Shown piece by piece: positions 11,051 to 21,521 of a stretch of 64,000 nucleotides of DNA. Each line of letters starts with the position of its first letter. Position 1 is the stretch's first letter. The translations under genes and the position numbers were made by a program. Below the pieces are notes generated by a model, which searched no databases, had not been told where the DNA came from, and saw only the letters and a list, made by a program, of their open reading frames with translations. Source of the stretch: a virus; the IMG/VR virus record IMGVR_UViG_3300009314_000008, positions 14,446 through 78,445 of that record; one strand, given 5' to 3'.

Positions 11051-12766
11051 TTATTCTCCTTGTATATAGACACTATCACCATCATTGACGACAACTTCAT
11101 TATTATTTCCTCGCGGTCTCGTGAAAACTATTTGGCTGGAATCCCTAACTGCCTGAATAAATTTCTGCACACCAGCCCGTATGATCATTTCCGCTACGAT
11201 ATTGCCACTATAGGCGGAACTTATCGTCCCTAACACTAATTCCCCGTCCACGACCATCACTTCTTTTTTGTCCAGATAACTTCCCACGGATAACCCGTGC
11301 TCGCTTTTTATCCATCCATTACCTATATTAAAACCCTCACCTATAACATTCTCAATATAACATCCATTTGCGGCCAAATATGTTCCGTTGATGTTATTAT
11401 AAACTTCAATGTATGTATATGTTACGGAACATCCAGTATTGTCCTCTGTAATCGATGCAACGGTGATAGTTGTCTCGTCTTCACCCTCGTCATAACCAAC
11501 GGATATAACAGTATGTTCTCCATCGTCTGCACCCGCATCGGATAAAGTCAATTTCATTCCCGCTTTCATTTTAGCAGTTTGGTCACCCGGGATAATAATA
11601 TATTCATTATCTTTATCTGTTTCTACTCCTGTATGAGAAGCCGAGGTGATTGATTTAATAATGTTTACCCGGGTAGATTCTGCTTCTGTAGGGTCAATAA
11701 TGTTTATTGTATTACCTTCTTCGAATCCTGAATAACTATTCATGTGTATAATCGTGTCAGTTAAGCCAATATCATTGAGGACATTCTCAATTTCCCCGAT
11801 AACTTCAGATGATTGGGTAAAAGTCTCGTTCAATATATTGTCGGTGCTGATTTCTATAAGATCAGTATCCTCGAAAGATATTTTATTATATTGATACTGA
11901 TTAAATTCTTCTCCATCTGCAGATTCTATTGCATTGGACAATTCACCAGACTGTCTAAAGAGATAAAATGCTTTATTGGGCACGGCTGCTATGTTACCTT
12001 TGAGTTTACCCACAAAATTACTGGTTCTATTATATTCGCCATTGGCTATTATGGTATTATAGAGAAGATCCCTTACCATCTCGTTGTCCCCAGCACCAAC
12101 AATATCTATATTTCTAAGTCCTCGGAAATTCTCTCTAATGGATAGTTCAATCCCTGATTTTGACATCATATTTCGCGAATTTATAGAATTTCTTATTAAA
12201 TTATAATATTCAGATACAGTATAATCGGATGTTCCGCTGGTCATTGCTTCGTGGACGATTTTAACCAATTCTGCCGGAGCATCATCTACTTGTCCCAGTG
12301 TATTTTCTGCAATGCTCTCCCCTCTAGTATTTTTTACTCGAATATTCCCAATAGTGAAATAACCGTCAATCACGGTATAGACATTGGCATTCGTGGACAA
12401 AATAACATTATCAGTAAATTCAAATTCCTTATTTCCAGAATATAGTTTATTCCCCGCGGCTATTTCCCAAGAAATTGGTTCCGTAAAATATAATGTGATC
12501 ATGCCCGTTGTTTCATTAGATTTTCCCTCTGTGACTAGAAAATTAGAGGCTAATCGCTTTATCTGATCAACCGTCATGTTTGAATAATTGGATAAATTTA
12601 GAGCATCTTTTTCTGTGTCAATCACATCGAGCGACATCTTGGTAGTTAAAATATATACGAGAGGTACTATCAACAGCTCATAAATATTGCTGCCTTCTCG
12701 GATATCATAATTTTTTAAAGTTTCATCCTCTGCAAATGTCTCTCTTATAAATTCAACAATATCCAT
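11051..12766 (-). CDS. Baseplate J/gp6-like protein (N-terminal part)
   Basis: DIREGSNIYELLIVP N-terminus, TGMITLYF, MTSGTSD, IVGAGDNEMVRD. Confidence 0.65.
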   Translation of the reverse strand: MDIVEFIRETFAEDETLKNYDIREGSNIYELLIVPLVYILTTKMSLDVIDTEKDALNLSNYSNMTVDQIKRLASNFLVTEGKSNETTGMITLYFTEPISWEIAAGNKLYSGNKEFEFTDNVILSTNANVYTVIDGYFTIGNIRVKNTRGESIAENTLGQVDDAPAELVKIVHEAMTSGTSDYTVSEYYNLIRNSINSRNMMSKSGIELSIRENFRGLRNIDIVGAGDNEMVRDLLYNTIIANGEYNRTSNFVGKLKGNIAAVPNKAFYLFRQSGELSNAIESADGEEFNQYQYNKISFEDTDLIEISTDNILNETFTQSSEVIGEIENVLNDIGLTDTIIHMNSYSGFEEGNTINIIDPTEAESTRVNIIKSITSASHTGVETDKDNEYIIIPGDQTAKMKAGMKLTLSDAGADDGEHTVISVGYDEGEDETTITVASITEDNTGCSVTYTYIEVYNNINGTYLAANGCYIENVIGEGFNIGNGWIKSEHGLSVGSYLDKKEVMVVDGELVLGTISSAYSGNIVAEMIIRAGVQKFIQAVRDSSQIVFTRPRGNNNEVVVNDGDSVYIQGE

Positions 12767-12774
12767 TATGTCTC

Positions 12775-13170
12775 CTATAATTCTAATTGTTGGACACCAT
12801 CGAGGGTGACCAACTCAATACTCATATTCACCTGACCATTGGTGATAATTATGTCAAGATTTTTTAACTTTGCCCTTACAAATGTCTCAGTTGCCAGGAG
12901 TTCTTCATTTTCTTGTAACTTAAGCATTTTCTCTGAGGTTTTACTCAACGCTGATATAATGGTATTATGCATTAACCCAACATTTTTATTTGATAACTTT
13001 ATGGTTTTATAGGCATCTAATAAGCCCCCACAATCACTTCCATATAATAATCTACAAAACCTCTGTGACACAGAGACTTTACCGGTTGCCCGGGGACCAT
13101 TGTTTATTATATCAAAACATGTTTCGGAATCCTGAGAACCTATATTGTCTAATATTTTTAAGTCAATCAT
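12775..13170 (-). CDS. gp25/GpW-like baseplate wedge (sheath initiator)
   Basis: Size, ATGK..VSQRF..LL pattern, immediately upstream of J. Confidence 0.55.
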   Translation of the reverse strand: MIDLKILDNIGSQDSETCFDIINNGPRATGKVSVSQRFCRLLYGSDCGGLLDAYKTIKLSNKNVGLMHNTIISALSKTSEKMLKLQENEELLATETFVRAKLKNLDIIITNGQVNMSIELVTLDGVQQLEL

Positions 13171-15116
13171 GTAACCTCCGACATCATTCGAGACACTCCG
13201 GTAATTCTATTCAACTGTCTTTCGCCCTCATCCATTTTGATTTTAATGTCCGCTACTTCTCTTACTAAGTCTGATCCTAATCCAACAATGTTCATCGCCG
13301 AGTCTATCGCTTGATTTACTGTCTTATCAAATGTTTCTTCTAACCTCTTGATAATTTTACTGGCTGTTTTTTGTATAGACCTTAATAGATCCTTTGATAT
13401 TTTTGGGTTGCCAAACGGGGGAATAATGCATTTTGCTATAATCATCCCTATTCCACCACCAAATATTATAGCATTCCCCACACTTATTTTATTCAAAAAA
13501 ATTTCAGCCTGCATAATCTTATTAAGCAGGGGCATTAAGCCCAGTTCCCGCAAAGAGCCAATAAGCCCATCGATATGAGGATCGGAATATCCCGTCAAAT
13601 CCTTTATGCCCGTTTTTATCGATGTTAAATATGCTATTCTATCATCAATAAGTTGATAGTAATAATCATAGGATGGTTGCCCCAACAGCATGTCCTTAAC
13701 AATATGAAGCCCCAATCCAAGAATAAAATTGATAGTAAAGTTAGGTTCGTCACCACCCCATTCAATATTATTCAGGATACTAACAGCCCTTGATAATTTT
13801 TCGGCATAATCTCTTTGTCCTTCTATTTTCTCCAAATCGTCAGCCACAATATTATCAACATATCGCAATTTTCTGTAAATGTCATAATATTTTTTCCATG
13901 CTTGGATACGATCCCGCATATTCCGGATAGTACATTTATCCGGGATAAGGTTTTTTATGGCATTAGATTTATTCTTTATATTAGAAATAATATCTGCCCT
14001 CTCTTTTTCATGCTTTCCTATCGTTTCTTGATCAGTATAGTCGGGCATCAATTTGTTTAACTGCTGAAGAATTTCAACTCCAGACAATACTTGCGATTGG
14101 GCACCAAACACCGTTAAGTCTCTACAACTACCATTCAGTCCATCTACCCACTCAAGAATATTCGGGTCATTATCAAAGGTAAAGAATGGTGCTACTGCAG
14201 ATTCACCCATATCCTTAAGCATTTTTTTTATATCTACCATTGATGATATAGATGGTGCTGTGACCGGTTCCTGATCATTAATCATTAATCGTACTTGTTC
14301 TGCAATCTTATCGGCATATATCACCATATCCCTTCCCGAATAATATCTCAATATCTCAAAATATGCTCTCAGGATACCAATAAACTCTCTTATAAGATAA
14401 TTACCAGACGCATCTAACAGCGAGGAAAGATTATCGGACATAAATTTTTTTATATCAATATCGGTTAATGCGGTTTTTATTGGCTTTTTTCTCTGTTTTT
14501 GGTATTCTTCGAGGTTTAATCCCTCTCCCAAAACTTCCTGTTCAAGTCTTTGTACTATCACTTCTTTAATAATCTCTAAAACTTTGGAGCTTATCCCCGT
14601 AGATTCTAATGAGAGAATATCCTTGAGAGCTTGGGCTTTTTTTTTGGCTGATTTTAAATTCCCCAGGATTATACTGCTGTTTGAGGATAATATCATATTG
14701 TTGATAGCGGCTTTTATCTGTGGTCTGATATGATTACATATTTCTTCAAGTTTCTTATATGGTCCCTCCGACATTTTGGATTTATTTTCAATTAATCTCA
14801 CGCGCGACTTAATCAAATTCAGTAGAGTTATCTCCCATGTGCATGATTCACGCACTAAATTTGCTTGATATTGTGCAATATATAATGCCCACGACAATGG
14901 ACTTATTGATCCGACAATATCATTAATTGCCTTTACAAATGCATCCCCAATATCGCCGAGATTCTCTATCGTATTCATTATCTCGCCAATGATTGGGCCT
15001 AGCCATAGCCCAAGAATCCCCAATCCAAGACTTACTATCCCAGATTTTTCTATCTGCTTTGATAGGTCTATAGCGTGTTTAAGATTAATAGCCTCTGATA
15101 GTGGGCAGTTCTGCAT
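13167..15116 (-). CDS. Hypothetical helical protein with hydrophobic segments
   Basis: 649 aa; Gly-rich hydrophobic stretches near both ends; within the baseplate operon. Confidence 0.5.
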   Translation of the reverse strand: MQNCPLSEAINLKHAIDLSKQIEKSGIVSLGLGILGLWLGPIIGEIMNTIENLGDIGDAFVKAINDIVGSISPLSWALYIAQYQANLVRESCTWEITLLNLIKSRVRLIENKSKMSEGPYKKLEEICNHIRPQIKAAINNMILSSNSSIILGNLKSAKKKAQALKDILSLESTGISSKVLEIIKEVIVQRLEQEVLGEGLNLEEYQKQRKKPIKTALTDIDIKKFMSDNLSSLLDASGNYLIREFIGILRAYFEILRYYSGRDMVIYADKIAEQVRLMINDQEPVTAPSISSMVDIKKMLKDMGESAVAPFFTFDNDPNILEWVDGLNGSCRDLTVFGAQSQVLSGVEILQQLNKLMPDYTDQETIGKHEKERADIISNIKNKSNAIKNLIPDKCTIRNMRDRIQAWKKYYDIYRKLRYVDNIVADDLEKIEGQRDYAEKLSRAVSILNNIEWGGDEPNFTINFILGLGLHIVKDMLLGQPSYDYYYQLIDDRIAYLTSIKTGIKDLTGYSDPHIDGLIGSLRELGLMPLLNKIMQAEIFLNKISVGNAIIFGGGIGMIIAKCIIPPFGNPKISKDLLRSIQKTASKIIKRLEETFDKTVNQAIDSAMNIVGLGSDLVREVADIKIKMDEGERQLNRITGVSRMMSEVT

Positions 15117-15117
15117 T

Positions 15118-15789
15118 TTATTTCAATTTCCTCATTACTGTAATAATGTTATCTTTTTTCCGCCTTATTGTAGATTCTGACACCCCTACCCGTTGAGCAA
15201 TCTGCTCATTAGTTGACAATCTTGGATATCCGTGTATCCCATAAGTTAGTGCCAATATTTTCTTTTCGTCAGAATTCTCAAGTTTATTATAAACCATATC
15301 CAAGAAGTTTTTTTCATTGAATGTGGGATCAAAAGCCATTGTGATATTGTCTGCAAAAGAGATATCTGATGTTAATTTTCTGCCAGTTTCCTCTGATAAT
15401 CTTTTTATGTCGCCAATACCCATCTTTAATCTGTCAGCCATTTCCTCGTAGGTTGGCTTTCGTCCGACCTTCTCCTCAAAGGTAGCCACCTCGGATGTGA
15501 ATTTGCCAAATTTCTGCGATCTTTCTTCAGGAATATATATAGGACTCGCTTCATTCACAAACCTATTCATCGATTTCATATAATTGCTCACATGGTTAGC
15601 CAATGGACCTTTTTGGGGATCAAAAGTATTGAGAGCTTCTCCGACTAATATTTCCGCCTGCAATCTTAACAGGTTTTTAGGTATTGTGCTCCCAGAAAAT
15701 CTATTGACAGTTGAATTAATTAAAGGTTGATATTTCTTTAGGACATCATTATATTCCATATTATCTCCTTGGCAATATATCGTCTCCAT
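15118..15789 (-). CDS. Phage RNA polymerase sigma-70-family factor (start probably 15759)
   Basis: Region 2 (KYQPLI...EALNTFDPQKG), region 3 (GRKPTYEEMADRL), region 4 HTH (NEQIAQRVGVSESTIRR). Confidence 0.85.
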   Translation of the reverse strand: METIYCQGDNMEYNDVLKKYQPLINSTVNRFSGSTIPKNLLRLQAEILVGEALNTFDPQKGPLANHVSNYMKSMNRFVNEASPIYIPEERSQKFGKFTSEVATFEEKVGRKPTYEEMADRLKMGIGDIKRLSEETGRKLTSDISFADNITMAFDPTFNEKNFLDMVYNKLENSDEKKILALTYGIHGYPRLSTNEQIAQRVGVSESTIRRKKDNIITVMRKLK

Positions 15790-17701
15790 ATTCTTCTAGT
15801 AATTCCAGGATTTTATCTCGCCTCTCCGTTATAAATACCGTCCCATCTGGCACGACAGTTGTTCCATGCTCTTCTAACGTTTTCACTTGATCTGTAACTT
15901 CTGATGCCATATCGGGTATAATTTTCTTATATTTCAATTCATATATACTCTTAGGGGTATTATCTCGTGTTATCAGTCCTCTTGAATACAAATATTCTCC
16001 AAATGTAATGATTTCTCGTTTACAATACCCATCTTTTTTAAATAAATCTTGATGATTTGTTTTTATAGCATTAACGCTGTTTACTACCTCGGAGCCAGTT
16101 CTTTTTTCGCGTTTTCTCCTTTTTAGTAGTTTTAGATCATTCGAATGTTCTGTTATGGGAATATAACCTATCATTCCCAAAATACCGGGAGAATATTCGC
16201 TTTCAACTACTTTGGCTGCAACCCCTTTAGAACCAGTAAGAATAGGATTGTAGCAATAATCGTATATCTTATTAATATTTGTAAATACTTCCCTCTCCAG
16301 AAATGGATTGATCAAACCGATATCTGTCAGACTGGTTATTTTTCTGACATTAGTCATCTCAATTTGTGTCCCGGTTTTTCCCGCAGACTGATCTATCATT
16401 ATATTTACGCTGGATAATATTCCATAATAAACAGCATCCTGTGGTACATCATAGACAATGCTCGGAAATCCCACTACTCCATAGGGGTGTAATTCTGGAA
16501 ATGAACATTGCAGGATGTTCTGTGAATATCGTTTTTTCATAAATTCATAATCACAGAGGTTTTGCCAAACAATATTGCTTTGTTGTTCAGCAATTTCTTC
16601 AGGTTTTAGAATGTCTTCTCCAATTATTCTATTAAACAGATAACTCTTTATCTCAATTGCTCCCCGTATCCCAAATTCATATTCTTCATCTGTCAGATTA
16701 TACTTATTTTCCTTTAAATCCCCGGGCGATTCTCGACTGAAAAGATTATTATCGAATATTTTATAGACATGGCGTAGTCGCGTTATGGGGGTGCTCCGGA
16801 TATTGTCATTTAACAATTCTACATCATCACCGGCAATAAAGACATTACATTTGGGAGGAGCGACATTTAATATATCGGGCAGCAATACATATTTAGCCAT
16901 CGATTTATCATTTGTTTGGATTTTTAGCCCAGACAGTATTTTCTCCACTCCCTTATCATTATAGGCGGGACAACCAATGTTGATATAGCGGTATCCCACA
17001 TGCATTAGTTTTCTCAAAATACCATCCAATGGTGTTTCATTGTTCAATATGACATCCATATTGGTAGATTCCAGAAAGTTGGTCAACCCCTCCGCCCTAT
17101 AAAATTCTTTAAACAAATCTTCATCAACATAAACATGATCGCGACTAATTTTCAGTCTCTTGTTGATATTTTTATAATAATATTCCCACGAATCCTTTAA
17201 TAGGGATAAAACTTTATCAAAATAATCAACAACATTAAGTTTAACAGGATCTCCGAGATTAAATATCTGAAAAGCATTTTTTATAGCGTTGTTTATCACG
17301 GTTGTCCCCATATTTGCATCATCCATACCATAAAATTCATATGAACCAACTAATTGAAAAAAATTCTCGAACTCAAGAGCGGATAAATATTGAGATGGCA
17401 GATCGTTCAGATATTTATTCTGTCCAACGGCTAATATAGATCTCGTCCTAAGGTCTCTTTGCCTATTATAGGTAACACCCGTGGTTACACCGTCAAATAA
17501 TAATCGGTAGACCTCTGAATCACAATCGTAATAGAATACCGTTATGATTGTACCGTCCTTGATCTCCGACAGTTTCCCCACTTGGGGCAAGGTAATTGTG
17601 GCTACACACAGATTATTCTCATGCATGGATATACTTATTTTCATCATTGGGACCTTTATTCCCTCCAAGTAGCAAACGGTATTCAGATCAACACCTCTCA
17701 T
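15761..17701 (-). CDS. Baseplate hub (gp27/VgrG-like) protein
   Basis: YLEGIKVP N-terminus, LLFDGVTTG, APPKCNVF, PYGVVGFP; position after tape measure and tube initiator. Confidence 0.6.
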   Translation of the reverse strand: MRGVDLNTVCYLEGIKVPMMKISISMHENNLCVATITLPQVGKLSEIKDGTIITVFYYDCDSEVYRLLFDGVTTGVTYNRQRDLRTRSILAVGQNKYLNDLPSQYLSALEFENFFQLVGSYEFYGMDDANMGTTVINNAIKNAFQIFNLGDPVKLNVVDYFDKVLSLLKDSWEYYYKNINKRLKISRDHVYVDEDLFKEFYRAEGLTNFLESTNMDVILNNETPLDGILRKLMHVGYRYINIGCPAYNDKGVEKILSGLKIQTNDKSMAKYVLLPDILNVAPPKCNVFIAGDDVELLNDNIRSTPITRLRHVYKIFDNNLFSRESPGDLKENKYNLTDEEYEFGIRGAIEIKSYLFNRIIGEDILKPEEIAEQQSNIVWQNLCDYEFMKKRYSQNILQCSFPELHPYGVVGFPSIVYDVPQDAVYYGILSSVNIMIDQSAGKTGTQIEMTNVRKITSLTDIGLINPFLEREVFTNINKIYDYCYNPILTGSKGVAAKVVESEYSPGILGMIGYIPITEHSNDLKLLKRRKREKRTGSEVVNSVNAIKTNHQDLFKKDGYCKREIITFGEYLYSRGLITRDNTPKSIYELKYKKIIPDMASEVTDQVKTLEEHGTTVVPDGTVFITERRDKILELLEEYGDDILPRR

Positions 17702-18636
17702 TAATGCCCCCCCATGTCAGCATAATCACTTTTTACCAACATTCGTAGTTCTACTCTTGAGAATGTTTCCCCGGCCTTCACATTATCCGTTAAACTCATA
17801 ATATAACCCGTGGCCACCCTGTTTTTATATACAATATGCACTTTCTGATCCCTATATAAATTCTTTACACTCCATTTTTCGCGATAATATTTATTAAATA
17901 GGTGCTTCCATGAATATTCAACACCTTCTACTATTACGCTCTCTTTTGTATCCGGTAATATTAAACCAAAAATATAGGTATCGGGATAACTCCCAAAACT
18001 AGTAATCCCCCCATATACACCTGTGAATTGATATTTTTCCAAGAAGTATTTATTGATCGATTGTAGAGAGAACTCTCTCATTGGTTGTTCTTCTATGGGC
18101 TTATTACTCATAAATATAGATGCCTTATTATCCTCTCTTTGAACATTAGATATATCAGCCTTATCAATATAATCTATTTCGCCAGCCAAGTTCTCCACCG
18201 GATTCCCCAAGGGAATCAGAGTAAACGAAAAATAAGATAAACCTGTATTGTTTGACATGATAGACATATCAACCATATAACCATTTATCTGAATGCCTTT
18301 ATATACGACTGATACATATGTATCCTTCCTTTGTGCAGACTTATCCTGAGACCCCAAACATACGCTGGCTCTCCAGAGGTTTTTATAATTCTCAATAAAT
18401 TGCGTCTCCCATGTAGTATTTTTTGTGTCAATCACAATCCCACTAAATTTATATGGCTCTATGATCTTATTTTTAATGCCTATTTTATAATCATCATAAT
18501 GATGATTGACCGCAATTTGTTCAGATCTTTTCTGGGTTACCGATGTTAATATAAAATCAGATGAATTTGATCTACCCACCGATATTACTGCCCGCGGATA
18601 ATTTCTTGTCTCTCCATCAGTGAATAATATTTCCAT
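17701..18636 (-). CDS. Tail tube initiator/baseplate protein with two tandem homologous domains
   Basis: Internal duplication (F.L.SV...E...YK..I.GYM vs F.LQSI...EK...YK...TGYI). Confidence 0.5.
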   Translation of the reverse strand: MEILFTDGETRNYPRAVISVGRSNSSDFILTSVTQKRSEQIAVNHHYDDYKIGIKNKIIEPYKFSGIVIDTKNTTWETQFIENYKNLWRASVCLGSQDKSAQRKDTYVSVVYKGIQINGYMVDMSIMSNNTGLSYFSFTLIPLGNPVENLAGEIDYIDKADISNVQREDNKASIFMSNKPIEEQPMREFSLQSINKYFLEKYQFTGVYGGITSFGSYPDTYIFGLILPDTKESVIVEGVEYSWKHLFNKYYREKWSVKNLYRDQKVHIVYKNRVATGYIMSLTDNVKAGETFSRVELRMLVKSDYADMGGH

Positions 18637-18639
18637 TAT

Positions 18640-21237
18640 TTATCCCTTCCATGCTCTGACTTCGGCTAATATTTCTCTGGTCGCCGTTTTATGTTGTTCG
18701 GCCGCTATCAATAAATTATTGAACAATGTTATAACATCCCCCCATTGCCCTTTGTAAATTCCAGAAACCTCTGTCATTCTATCTTTTTGATCAAGGTCTT
18801 TTTTGTCCAAAAATGCTTGAGCGCCTGTAATAGACCCATGGTGTGAGACCAACAAACTATTAACATCATCAAATAGAGGATCTAGTGCCCCGGGAGAAAC
18901 ACTCTTATCAGTTAGTTTTATAAATTCTTTATGAACATCCGCTCTTATCTCATCCCATGGAAAGCTTTTTGTTTTTAGGTCAACAGCTATTTCGGTAAAT
19001 AACCTTTGTCCTTCTGATGTTGACAACAGTTCTCTGGTTCGACTACTACCTCTCCTTGATAAATATTCTAAGTCTCCTGCCCATTTTCCATAGAGTCCAC
19101 CAGGAGACTGTCCCATCAAACCTATGAAAGATGTATCAACATGGACGCCCTTTATGTCAGCATACATGTGGACGGATCTCAAGAATGTCGCCATATCCTC
19201 ATCGGTTATATCTTCTTGTTCCAAATACCCTAATTTTCCAAACAACATTGCTACATCTACGTCTTCACCCTTGCGTCTTGCCTCCCCTATCGCACCCAAT
19301 AAAGCTTCTGCATCCTTACTTTTTAGGATTCCTCCCATGTCATCATATTTCCCTGATATCATCCCCTCTGAAAATCTTTCCAGAATTTTTGCTTGCCTGG
19401 TTACTTCTTTTTTTGTTCTCCATGGAGAAAACCAGTTTCCCTTATCTCGAACATACCCCTGTTTATACAATTGCATAATAGTTTTTTTATTTGCTCGCCA
19501 GAAATCTTTATCGCCAAAACCAACCCTATCCATAACCTCATCAGCTAATCCTTCATACTCTCCAGATTGAATCGCTGCAAACAGCATGCTCGCATAAGGC
19601 ATATGACCCCCCACGCCTCCATATGTTAGATATTTTGGTGGCTTTTCTATCCCGTATTTTTCCCTTAATTCAATATACATTTGTTCTGCTCTGCTTGGGT
19701 CACTTGCTAATATTGAGAACAATTCATTTTGGGGTCTTGTCACGTCCTCAATAAGATTACTTATGGGGGTGAATATTACATCGTCTAACTCTTCCCATAC
19801 AGTCTTTTCCCCTTTTCTATACTTTTTTAGTTCTAATGCAAGATTTTTATCGTATTCTCCTTTATATAATTTCATTGAAGCATTGATCTGCCCCTGATTT
19901 AATCCCATATTCTCAAGAGTAAAGCGCATTGCATTAGTTCTTTCTTTACTATCATCTGGATACATTTGGTCAACTATCATCCGCGCTTTGGTCAACGCCA
20001 GCGATGACATAATTTCCCCAGACCGGTTGGGTCCAATTTGTTCTAACAATCCGGGCATTCCTGTCTGTAGAGCAATATATTTATCCATAATATTGCCTCC
20101 CCGGAAATATTCTGCCGCTCTTTCAGATAGTCCTCCTACTCCTATCTGACCAGTTAAAAACTTATTTAAGACCTCCTCGTTTAAAGTTAATTCCCCGTCC
20201 TTATAGTCTGATAATGCAGCAAAATATATAGGATTTGACATAATTTCATTCAATCCCCAACTTTTTAATCCAGAAGTGTCCTTGTCTTGAACAATATTTA
20301 ATGCCAATTCACCTCCGGTAGACATGGGTATACCGTAAGTGGAATATATTCTCCTCGCGGTGTCCTTGCTCCATGAGGTTAATTGTTGTGCAGATAATCC
20401 TGAGTATGCTGATGCTACATTAAGTCCCTTGATGTACCCTGCGGGATTGGATATTTGCATTGAACTAATATCGGACATTACCTGAGTTGCTTCTGTATAA
20501 GAAGTATGCATTGTCTGCATAATTTCTTTAACGCCCTCCAATAATTCTCTGTAAGATCGCTTAAATGTTTCGACATCTCCTGTCTTTTTAAAATATCCTT
20601 GCTGGTCAGCCATTTTAAAGATATTATCGGCTTCATCTCGTTTAAACCCATACCCGCGGTGTGATGTGGTCATAAATCTGGACAATTCCGTTAATTGAGA
20701 GTCATCCCACCCAGTATAAGTAATCCGGTTTGAACTCTGTCCAGCTAGAATATTATTCTTGCCGGATCTATCAAGAAAATTCCACCAATCATGCTTTCTG
20801 CCTATATATTTATCTATCAAAGGGCGCACCCCAAATGAATAAATTGCCCCGGGGACAATTCCCATTGACCATGCGGCTATTTCGGCCCCCGTTGCTGCCA
20901 GATACTGACCTCTTTGTCCCCAATGCTTTGCTGCGTAGTATTCGGCTTCTCGCCGTGTCATATCCATATATTCTGGCTGAACTCCAGAGAGAGCCACAAT
21001 ATCTCGTGACCATAATGCTGGTCGATTAAACTGTTTGCTAAAGGTTTCCTGCATAAATGATCTTGGTGATTCGGAAGCTATATTCATCGCTTCTCTCATG
21101 GTGCCATGAATTTTAGTAGCTGATGTTGCCCCCATTCTCATGGCTTCTCCGCCGGAACGAATTAACAACTGTATATCTTTAGACAGTAATCCGAAGCCAG
21201 TTCTTAACTCTTTTACAACATCGTCCATATTTGCCAC
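18640..21237 (-). CDS. Tape measure protein
   Basis: Long helical protein directly after the frameshifted chaperone pair. Confidence 0.65.
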   Translation of the reverse strand: MANMDDVVKELRTGFGLLSKDIQLLIRSGGEAMRMGATSATKIHGTMREAMNIASESPRSFMQETFSKQFNRPALWSRDIVALSGVQPEYMDMTRREAEYYAAKHWGQRGQYLAATGAEIAAWSMGIVPGAIYSFGVRPLIDKYIGRKHDWWNFLDRSGKNNILAGQSSNRITYTGWDDSQLTELSRFMTTSHRGYGFKRDEADNIFKMADQQGYFKKTGDVETFKRSYRELLEGVKEIMQTMHTSYTEATQVMSDISSMQISNPAGYIKGLNVASAYSGLSAQQLTSWSKDTARRIYSTYGIPMSTGGELALNIVQDKDTSGLKSWGLNEIMSNPIYFAALSDYKDGELTLNEEVLNKFLTGQIGVGGLSERAAEYFRGGNIMDKYIALQTGMPGLLEQIGPNRSGEIMSSLALTKARMIVDQMYPDDSKERTNAMRFTLENMGLNQGQINASMKLYKGEYDKNLALELKKYRKGEKTVWEELDDVIFTPISNLIEDVTRPQNELFSILASDPSRAEQMYIELREKYGIEKPPKYLTYGGVGGHMPYASMLFAAIQSGEYEGLADEVMDRVGFGDKDFWRANKKTIMQLYKQGYVRDKGNWFSPWRTKKEVTRQAKILERFSEGMISGKYDDMGGILKSKDAEALLGAIGEARRKGEDVDVAMLFGKLGYLEQEDITDEDMATFLRSVHMYADIKGVHVDTSFIGLMGQSPGGLYGKWAGDLEYLSRRGSSRTRELLSTSEGQRLFTEIAVDLKTKSFPWDEIRADVHKEFIKLTDKSVSPGALDPLFDDVNSLLVSHHGSITGAQAFLDKKDLDQKDRMTEVSGIYKGQWGDVITLFNNLLIAAEQHKTATREILAEVRAWKG

Positions 21238-21479
21238 TATTCATCTCCAAGAAAATAATTCATTTTGTGCATTAAATTATTGATTTCATTTTTCTTTATT
21301 GTTTCCAATGGTGGGTAAATAAGCGAGGATAATAATTCTATAGCCTTTTGCCTATCTTCCAGATATGGTAATCTGGCACGAACTATATCTGCTAAGGCCT
21401 CTTTCTCATAAAAGTGTTTTAGCAGATAAAACGCTGGACTATTTCGATTTATTTGCACTCCCGGAGAAATTGATAACAT
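21237..21479 (-). CDS. Tail assembly chaperone, -1 frameshift extension (gpGT-like)
   Basis: Frame is open upstream to the slippery site at 21515-21521 (FISTPAGWARVK precedes the annotated Met). Confidence 0.65.
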   Translation of the reverse strand: MLSISPGVQINRNSPAFYLLKHFYEKEALADIVRARLPYLEDRQKAIELLSSLIYPPLETIKKNEINNLMHKMNYFLGDE

Positions 21480-21484
21480 TTTTA

Positions 21485-21521
21485 CCCGCGCCCAGCCTGC
21501 GGGAGTGCTTATAAATTTTTT
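21485..21521 (-). other. Programmed -1 frameshift signal: A AAA AAT heptamer plus CCCGC/GCGGG stem-loop
   Basis: XXXYYYZ heptamer one codon before the stop; GC-rich hairpin 21485-21503 downstream in an AT-rich genome. Confidence 0.7.

Noticed and set aside
15072-15116. MQNCPLSEAINLKHA as another cargo leader
   Set aside because: The CP to KxA spacing does not match, and the gene is in the baseplate operon
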